From: Okeania sp.
Lineage (GTDB): Bacteria; Cyanobacteriota; Cyanobacteriia; Cyanobacteriales; Microcoleaceae
DNA length: 32,000 bases
NCBI RefSeq assembly: GCF_035285525.1
Contig: NZ_JAYKGW010000210.1
Location: 60,001 to 92,000, forward strand
Reading direction: 5' to 3'
Shown here: one piece after another, positions 17,992-23,914 of the stretch
Numbering within the stretch: position 1 is the stretch's first letter
Layout of the letters: every line of letters begins with the position of its first letter
Made by a program: the position numbers and the translations under genes
Notes under the pieces: generated by a model
What the model saw: only the letters and a program-made list of their open reading frames with translations
The model's database searches: none
What the model was told of the DNA's origin: nothing

Positions 17992-18218
17992 CAGAACTTA
18001 CGCAAAGGTACTATATGTAGAGTTAAAAACAATTTCACCAGGGCTTTAAGCGCTATATATAGGGTCGTCCCGTAAGCCCTGATTAAGATAATTTCAGTTA
18101 AATGTAAATGGAGGAGTATTTTAACTAGGACTAAAGCCATGAACGCTATTGGTAGGGTGCGTTACCCTACTTCGTCAGGGACGAATACTCCATATCTATT
18201 GCCTTTGCGTAAGTCCTG
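17992..18218. mobile_element. Two adjacent family A MITE-like copies (about 17992-18081 and 18127-18218)
   Basis: Ends are CAGAACTTACGCA...CGTAAGCCCTG and AGGACTAAAGCCATGAAC...TTTGCGTAAGTCCTG. The second copy matches the shell of the nested element at 4142-4495. Confidence 0.65.
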
Positions 18219-18333
18219 TTAACTTAAGCAATACAGTTTTTTTCACAAAACTGTAAATAAAATTTGGCAAGCTATCTAGGATTGGTATTGTCAAATGATA
18301 ATTAAAATCAAGTAGAAGTATTTTTGTAAGCAT

Positions 18334-18445
18334 TAGATATTTCCAGAAAAGAGGGAACGCTTAACTGGGAACAGAGAATAGGGAAGAATAATTGATAATT
18401 TCGTATGGGAGAATTGATTTGAATTTTTATTTTTGGAGATGTCTA
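18334..18445. mobile_element. MITE-like element, family C (TIR TAGA(T/C)AT(T/C)TCCAGAAAA ... TTTTTGGAGATGTCTA)
   Basis: 112-bp unit. A near-identical 111-bp copy lies at 29763-29873. A partial inverted copy lies at about 20205-20275. Confidence 0.8.
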
Positions 18446-18989
18446 TTGAGCTATTAGCTGTCAGCTCTTCCTACGGAATGCGCTCGCATTCAGCAATAAG
18501 ATTTTCTGCTTAAGAACGGTGTTTAAGTGAATGTAAATTTTAAAGTTGATTTTCTAGTCATGCTTTTCATTTCTCAATTAAATATTGCTTTTAGTGAGTG
18601 GTAAAAGCACTCTTTTGATAGCTGATCGCTGATGGCTGAATGCTTAGATAAAAACTATTATTTTTTTGATATAGGGGTTATTATTAAAATAAGTTAGTAT
18701 AGTTTTTAAAAGTTTTGAATCTGAAATTTTTCCATAAAAATAGAAATAAAAATTATGCTCAAATATTCAATGTTTTCGAGGTAGATAAATATCAAAAATT
18801 AAAATTTGCATCTTAGTCAGAATTTACAACATATAATCAATTCAGAAATACTATAGCTATAAAAAATGATTTGTGAGAAAAAACTGTAGGGGTTGGAATA
18901 ACAAACCCCTACTATAAAATCTTACAACTTATTTAGGATTACTATATTGTATTTTGTAATAATATAGATATTAGTATAGGTAAACTATA

Positions 18990-19562
18990 ATGGTCGCAGT
19001 TAAAAATACATTTCCAACCCCAAACAGTAAGTCCACAAAACCTAATATTTCTGTTATATTAAAAAAATCAGTTCGTTCACAAACACAAAGAAAAAAAAAT
19101 TTATCTGATGATAAATATGCTTCTCAAAAGAATAAAGACTTACAAACAACTCAAGCGCAAAATCCAACTCAAGTCATATCTTTACCTCAGTCTAAACCTC
19201 TCTGGTTAAAGTATCTGATGATGACACAATTTACTTCATCCATTGTCACGGTGCTATTAACAGGTACGAGTGTGGCCTTTTATGGCTTAACAATTTATGG
19301 CCAGTCTAAATGGACGACAGAATATCAAGAATTACAAGAACTTAGGGAAAAAGAACAGCAGCTAAATGTGGCGAATGAACTATTAAAAAATCAAATAGCT
19401 GAACAAGCATCAACCTTAGAGAGTGATTTACCTTCAGGAGATTCTGCCAAGAGAATATTCTTAGAGTCAGCACCTCCACGACCTGCTCCTAACCCCCCTC
19501 AACCTTATTTGGAGTCTGGTTCAAGTCATAAGTATATTTTTAAGACACCTGTGGGGTATTGA
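18990..19562 (+). CDS. Bitopic coiled-coil membrane protein with FtsL/DivIC-like architecture (function inferred)
   Basis: 190-aa ORF. It has a basic, Ser/Thr/Gln-rich cytoplasmic tail and a single TM helix (FTSSIVTVLLTGTSVAFYGLTIY). This is followed immediately by a heptad-repeat segment (EYQELQELREKEQQLNVANELLKNQIAEQ, with Leu at 7-residue spacing) and a Pro-rich tail. It is the next ORF upstream of ftsI on the same strand. Confidence 0.6.
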   Translation: MVAVKNTFPTPNSKSTKPNISVILKKSVRSQTQRKKNLSDDKYASQKNKDLQTTQAQNPTQVISLPQSKPLWLKYLMMTQFTSSIVTVLLTGTSVAFYGLTIYGQSKWTTEYQELQELREKEQQLNVANELLKNQIAEQASTLESDLPSGDSAKRIFLESAPPRPAPNPPQPYLESGSSHKYIFKTPVGY

Positions 19563-19584
19563 GTTTGAGGAGTGTGGGGATTGT

Positions 19585-19680
19585 GGGGTAATGGGGTAAT
19601 GGGGTGATGGGGTGATGGGGTGATGGGGTGATGGGGTGATGGGGTGATGGGGTGATGGGGTGATGGGGTGATGGGGTGAA
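19585..19680 (+). repeat. Octanucleotide tandem array: (GGGGTAAT)2 (GGGGTGAT)9 GGGGTGAA, 12 units
   Basis: Read directly from the sequence. The 8-nt period is perfect over 96 bp, and the array starts 23 nt after the stop of the 18990-19562 CDS. Confidence 0.97.
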
Positions 19681-19692
19681 GTAAATATGAAT

Positions 19693-20100
19693 AGGACTTA
19701 GGCAAAGAAACCCGGTTTCTACAGCAAATGTCTAGGAGAAACCGGGTTTCTAGGTTGGCATGGCTTTAGTCCTAATGAAAATAATTAACACCGTTCCGAC
19801 TAATACTGAATCCCTTTGCGCTTGGGTAAGGTTCCCGATAAATTAGATACCAAACCCCGTTAGATAAAATCTTACAACCTATTCAGGATTGCTATAGCTG
19901 ATAACGTAAGCATTTCTTGCGGAATGCGCTCGCAGTCAGCTCAAGGGCAATAAAAAAGAATACTTGCCATTCTTTTAACTTCTACTTTTTAACCATCAGG
20001 ACTTACGCAGAAACTGGGTTTATCAAGAAAATCTCGTGATTTGAACTGAACCCAGAAACCCGGTACGAGCCTAGAAACCGGGTTTCTTTGCGTAAGTCCT
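19693..20100. mobile_element. Two family A MITE-like copies (19693-19773 and 19998-20100) with AGAAACCCGGTTTCT-type internal palindromes
   Basis: Ends are AGGACTTAGGCA...CATGGCTTTAGTCCT and AGGACTTACGCA...TGCGTAAGTCCT (a perfect 12-nt TIR). Confidence 0.75.
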
Positions 20101-20305
20101 AACCATACTTAGATTGTCAAACGATGTATATAGCAATGTGCGCACTTAATATTTACAAATTGCCGGAGTTGTCCAATAGATAAAAGCCTTATATTATCGG
20201 CGATTGATTCTTTCTGTTCCCTCCATACCTGTTCCCTGTTCCCTGGGCGCAGCGCTATATTTCTGGAAATTATAGAAAGCTGATAGCTAATAGCTAAATG
20301 CTTAC

Positions 20306-20333
20306 CTGATAACTGATAACTAATAACTGATAA
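20306..20333 (+). repeat. STRR-type heptamer array (CTGATAA/CTAATAA x4), ending 5 nt before the ftsI start codon
   Basis: Read directly from the sequence: CTGATAA CTGATAA CTAATAA CTGATAA CTAAA ATG. Confidence 0.9.
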
Positions 20334-20338
20334 CTAAA

Positions 20339-22192
20339 ATGGATTCCCAACTTCGTCGTAGGTCTTTAAACAGAAAAAAAAGAAGAAATTTTAGTTCTTC
20401 TTTGAAAAATCAAAACCCAACAGATTCTATTAAAAACAATAGTCAAAAATCATTCTCAAAAATTTCTCAGGAACACCGGAAAAAATGTCGAGAATCTAGA
20501 CTTTATAAAGTCTGGATAATTCTCATGTTAAGTTTAATAGGATTAATTATTAACCTATTTAGGTTACAAGTTTTGCAAGCCCAAAAATTACAAAAAATAG
20601 CTGAAAGTCAACAGACTACCAAATCAAATCCTTTCATTCCTAGACGGCCAATAGTTGATAGAAATGGCAATATTTTAGCAATTGATAAAATAGCATATAC
20701 CCTCTATGTTCACCCCGTAATGTTTAACAAATCAAAACAAGAAGTTGCTGATAAATTATCAACTATTCTAGAAGGAACAAACTTGGAAAATACTCTAAAT
20801 TCCAGTGACTTATTGCAAACATTCAATCAAAGAGAAACAGGCATAAAAATTGCCGACTTAATACCTCAAGAAACTGCCAATAAAATTACTAATTTATATA
20901 TAGATGGTTTAGAATTAATTCAACACCCACAACGTCTCTATCCTCAGAAAGAATTAGTATCTGAAGTAGTTGGATATGTAGATGGAGAAAACAAAGGTCA
21001 AGCTGGTATTGAATATAGTCAACAAAATCTTTTAGAACGCTCCACAGATACAATCGAATTTCGGCGTTTAATTAAAGGTGTTTTAGTACCGGATAAATTA
21101 GCAACAGGTTTTTTACAATTAGATGACCTTTCCCTACATTTAACTATAGATTCTCGGTTACAACGAGCTGTACGAAAAATACTCAAAAAACAATTAGAAG
21201 AATATGAGGCTAAACGAGGCACTGTTATAGTAATGGATGCTGCTGATGGTTCCATATTGTCTATGGCATCAGAACCATCTTACGATCCCAATCAATACTA
21301 TAACTATGATGTGAAATTGTTCAAAAATTGGGCTGTAACAGATGTTTATGAACCAGGTTCTACTTTTAAACCAATTAATGTTGCCCTCGCTTTGGAGGTA
21401 GGAGCGATTGAAGCAGATAGTATATTTTATGATACAGGTAGAATGAGAATCGGTACTTGGTCTATTTTTAATTCTGGTGGTGGGGGTGGTACGCGGACTG
21501 TAACTGAGATTATTCAACATTCTAGTAATATCGGTATGGTGAAAATTATTCAACAAATGCCACGAGAAGTTTTTTATGATGGTCTCAAACGTTTAGGATT
21601 AGAGGATATTACTGACACTGATTTACCTTTTGAAACTGCGAGCGTTTTGAAGGAGAGAAACCAGTTTTTAATGGTACCGGTAGAAGCAGCGACTACTGCT
21701 TTTGGTCAGGGGTTTTCTCTGACACCTCTGAAACTAGCACAACTTAATGCTGCTTTAGCAAATGGGGGAAAATTGGTGACTCCCCATGTTGTGCGTGGGT
21801 TGTTTGATAGCAAGGAACAACCATATTGGCAATTACCTTTGCCAAAACCGAAGCAGGTTTTTTCTGCTGATACCACGACAAAAGTTTTGGCAATGATGGA
21901 AAAGGTGGTGGAGAAGGGTACAGGTAAAAGAGCAAAACTTAGTGGATATCGCATTGGTGGCAAAACTGGTACGGCGCAAAAAGCTGCGGAAACTGGTGGT
22001 TATTCTGAGAATGCTAAAATTACAAGTTTTGTGGGGATTTTGCCTTTGGAGTCTCCTCGTTATGTGGTTTTGGCGGTTATTGATGAACCTGTGAGGGGTG
22101 ATGGTGGCAGAGTAGCTGCTCCGGTTGTAAAATCAGTGATTAAGTCTTTGATTGATATTGAACAGATTCCTCCTTCATCAGTTAGGGAGTAG
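20339..22192 (+). CDS. ftsI: Class B penicillin-binding protein / peptidoglycan D,D-transpeptidase FtsI (PBP3-type)
   Basis: 617-aa ORF with an N-terminal TM anchor, a PBP dimerisation region, and the transpeptidase motifs STFKP (SxxK), SSN and KTGTA (KTG). Confidence 0.92.
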   Translation: MDSQLRRRSLNRKKRRNFSSSLKNQNPTDSIKNNSQKSFSKISQEHRKKCRESRLYKVWIILMLSLIGLIINLFRLQVLQAQKLQKIAESQQTTKSNPFIPRRPIVDRNGNILAIDKIAYTLYVHPVMFNKSKQEVADKLSTILEGTNLENTLNSSDLLQTFNQRETGIKIADLIPQETANKITNLYIDGLELIQHPQRLYPQKELVSEVVGYVDGENKGQAGIEYSQQNLLERSTDTIEFRRLIKGVLVPDKLATGFLQLDDLSLHLTIDSRLQRAVRKILKKQLEEYEAKRGTVIVMDAADGSILSMASEPSYDPNQYYNYDVKLFKNWAVTDVYEPGSTFKPINVALALEVGAIEADSIFYDTGRMRIGTWSIFNSGGGGGTRTVTEIIQHSSNIGMVKIIQQMPREVFYDGLKRLGLEDITDTDLPFETASVLKERNQFLMVPVEAATTAFGQGFSLTPLKLAQLNAALANGGKLVTPHVVRGLFDSKEQPYWQLPLPKPKQVFSADTTTKVLAMMEKVVEKGTGKRAKLSGYRIGGKTGTAQKAAETGGYSENAKITSFVGILPLESPRYVVLAVIDEPVRGDGGRVAAPVVKSVIKSLIDIEQIPPSSVRE

Positions 22193-22193
22193 G

Positions 22194-22243
22194 ATAATTA
22201 ATTGATAATTAATAATTGATAATGGATAATTGATAATTACCTC
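22194..22243 (+). repeat. STRR-type heptamer array (TAATTGA/TAATGGA/TAATTAA, about 7 units)
   Basis: Read directly from the sequence, immediately after the ftsI stop codon. Confidence 0.8.
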
Positions 22244-22557
22244 TGGTTAAAACCGTGCTTGATTGAATATCAGGTGTAGGTTGGGTTGAGGCACGAAACC
22301 CAACAATAGTAGCAGTATAGTTTAGTAGTGAATTGTTTCATCTAAAACTGTGCAGAGCGATTTTCTCTCTATGTCTTCCTTGTCTAGAAACAATCAAAAA
22401 GTAATGCACCATTTTAGGTGTGTCATATCATGTCCGGTAGCATCGGAGCGTGTCTAGAATTAAGGTGAAAATAGCATAAAAGCTTCTGCCCTCAGCATAG
22501 CTGCCTTCTGCCTTCTTTCCACTAAAGTCTAATTATTCAACCGGACATTATATCAGT

Positions 22558-22759
22558 CCAGTAGGGTGCGTTACATTTCATGAACGGACTACCCATCCCT
22601 GGCGATGTAATATTTAGTGCTTTATGCTACCTAAGACCTCTCCCCCAACCCCTCTCCTGCGAGGAAAGGGGAGAAATACTCCCCCTTCCCGGCAAGGGAA
22701 GGGGGTTGGGGGGGTTAGGTTTGTTCACTTGCATTTTCAAGCTTGACGCACCCTACTGG
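22558..22759. mobile_element. MITE-like element, family B, with a nested G/C-rich hairpin unit
   Basis: TIR is CCAGTAGGGTGCGT ... ACGCACCCTACTGG. Nested inside is CCTCTCCCCCAACCCCTCTCC...GGAAGGGGGTTGGGGGGG (about 22636-22722). Confidence 0.8.
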
Positions 22760-22877
22760 ATTGTTTCTATCGCGGGTAAGATGCTCCCACTACAAAATTT
22801 TCAATTTCTCCGAAATCTGCTGTACAATTTATGTTATAAATCAAGTAGATTTTAAACAATTAAAAGAATACTGAACT

Positions 22878-23246
22878 ATGAAATAAATTACTTTAACTAC
22901 CCCACAAGAAAAGTTGTTAGAAAAACTATTAAATACTGGCAAATATCATACAGGTCAATAAGCGATCGCTAAAGAATTTCAATTATTAGAAGAAGAGGAG
23001 GATGATATTGAATTACCCTCTTATTTTCAAGGTACTGAAAATACTAAAAAGTTATTAAAGGAAAAGATTAAAAAGTATGGAAAGGAATGAGAACAAAATA
23101 AGAATAAACCTATCGCTCCGGAAAGAGCAAGGTTATCAGCAGAATTTAAGCGATTCTGTGAAGAAACCCAAGCATTACAAGCAGATAATCCTTTAAATGA
23201 TGAAGAAATTGCTGCTGAAGTTGAAGCTTATCGCAGAGGAAAATGA
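22878..23246 (+). pseudogene. Antitoxin-like gene (ParD/RHH-like N-terminus) with three in-frame stop codons
   Basis: A single frame reads MK*ITLTTPQEKLLEKLLNTGKYHTGQ*AIAKEFQLLEEEEDD...KKYGKE*EQNKNKPIAPERARLSAEFKRFCEETQALQADNPLNDEEIAAEVEAYRRGK*. The stops are TAA at 22884, TAA at 22957 and TGA at 23088. The 3' end overlaps the next gene by ATGA. Confidence 0.5.
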
Positions 23247-23643
23247 AGATTATTATTGACACCAATATCTTAATTTCTGCTGCTTTAGCTGATGGTAAAC
23301 AGGAAACAATAATTAATTTTATTATTAGTAATTATGATTATGAGTTGATTTTATCATAGGAAATTTTAGCAGAATATAATGAAGTTTGACATGGAGAAAA
23401 CCTGAAGCTTAGTGATACTAAAAAAACAGAATGGTTAAATTTAATTAGAGATAGTACCAAATTAATTGAAGTTAATCTTGCAACTTTAAAAGAGACCCTA
23501 AAGATGCTAAATTTATCGCTTTGGCAATGGTAAGTGAGGCGGTTTTTTTGATTACAGGAGATAAAGATTTTAGTGAAATGACAGAATTACCAAAAACAGT
23601 TATTATTTCAGTGTCTTTATTCTATGATTTATTTATAAATTAG
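23243..23643 (+). pseudogene. PIN-domain toxin gene relic (two in-frame stops plus one frameshift)
   Basis: MKIIIDTNILISAALADGKQ...LILS*EILAEYNEV*... The stops are TAG at 23357 and TGA at 23387. After a +1 shift near 23485-23490 the frame reads KRDPKDAKFIALAMVSEAVFLITGDKDFSEM...FIN*. The DTN ... RDPKDxKFxxLA ... LITGDKD pattern matches what I recall of PIN toxins. Confidence 0.6.
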
Positions 23644-23914
23644 GAATAGAATTAGGCAGAGGGAAAGATTCCAACCCAGAAACCCCGTTTCTCTGAGAAA
23701 CCGGGTTCCTTTGCGTTTAGTCCGTTTCACTGCGTGACATGAAAATAAAATGTAACGCACCACCTATCTCTAGAGGTGTAATATTTCGGTGCGTTACGCT
23801 GCGCTTTTCATGTTGCGCAGCGTTATCGTATAGGGACTGCTACGCTTTCCATGTCCGCTCAAGCGCGGAAAACTCACCCTACTGGAGTGAGATACATCAA
23901 TGAAATGTAATGCA

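Noticed and set aside
17581-18989. Search for a hidden gene, tRNA or known ncRNA in the long glgB-upstream gap
   Set aside because: Only short broken frames appear (for example MMCLSDEKHYGKKLTALQFLKRKFLTFRSLKALEQ* on the minus strand), and I cannot assign a family. There are no T-loop GGTTCGAATCC-like or RNase P GAGGAAAGTCC-like motifs. The rest is MITE copies and AT-rich DNA.
21019-21963. Four minus-strand ORFs inside ftsI
   Set aside because: Shadow ORFs antisense to the PBP gene, with no independent support.
22580-22855. 91-aa track ORF
   Set aside because: It lies inside the MITE at 22558-22759 and its nested G/C-rich hairpin (the PLPQPLSCEERGEILPLPGKGRGLGGLG segment is a translation of the palindrome).
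23077-23187. Alternative small ORF MERNENKIRINLSLRKEQGYQQNLSDSVKKPKHYKQIIL in the TA relic region
   Set aside because: It is out of frame with the antitoxin-like reading, which carries the recognisable ...DNPLNDEEIAAEVEAYRRGK tail and the ATGA overlap with the PIN gene. It has basic, low-complexity composition.
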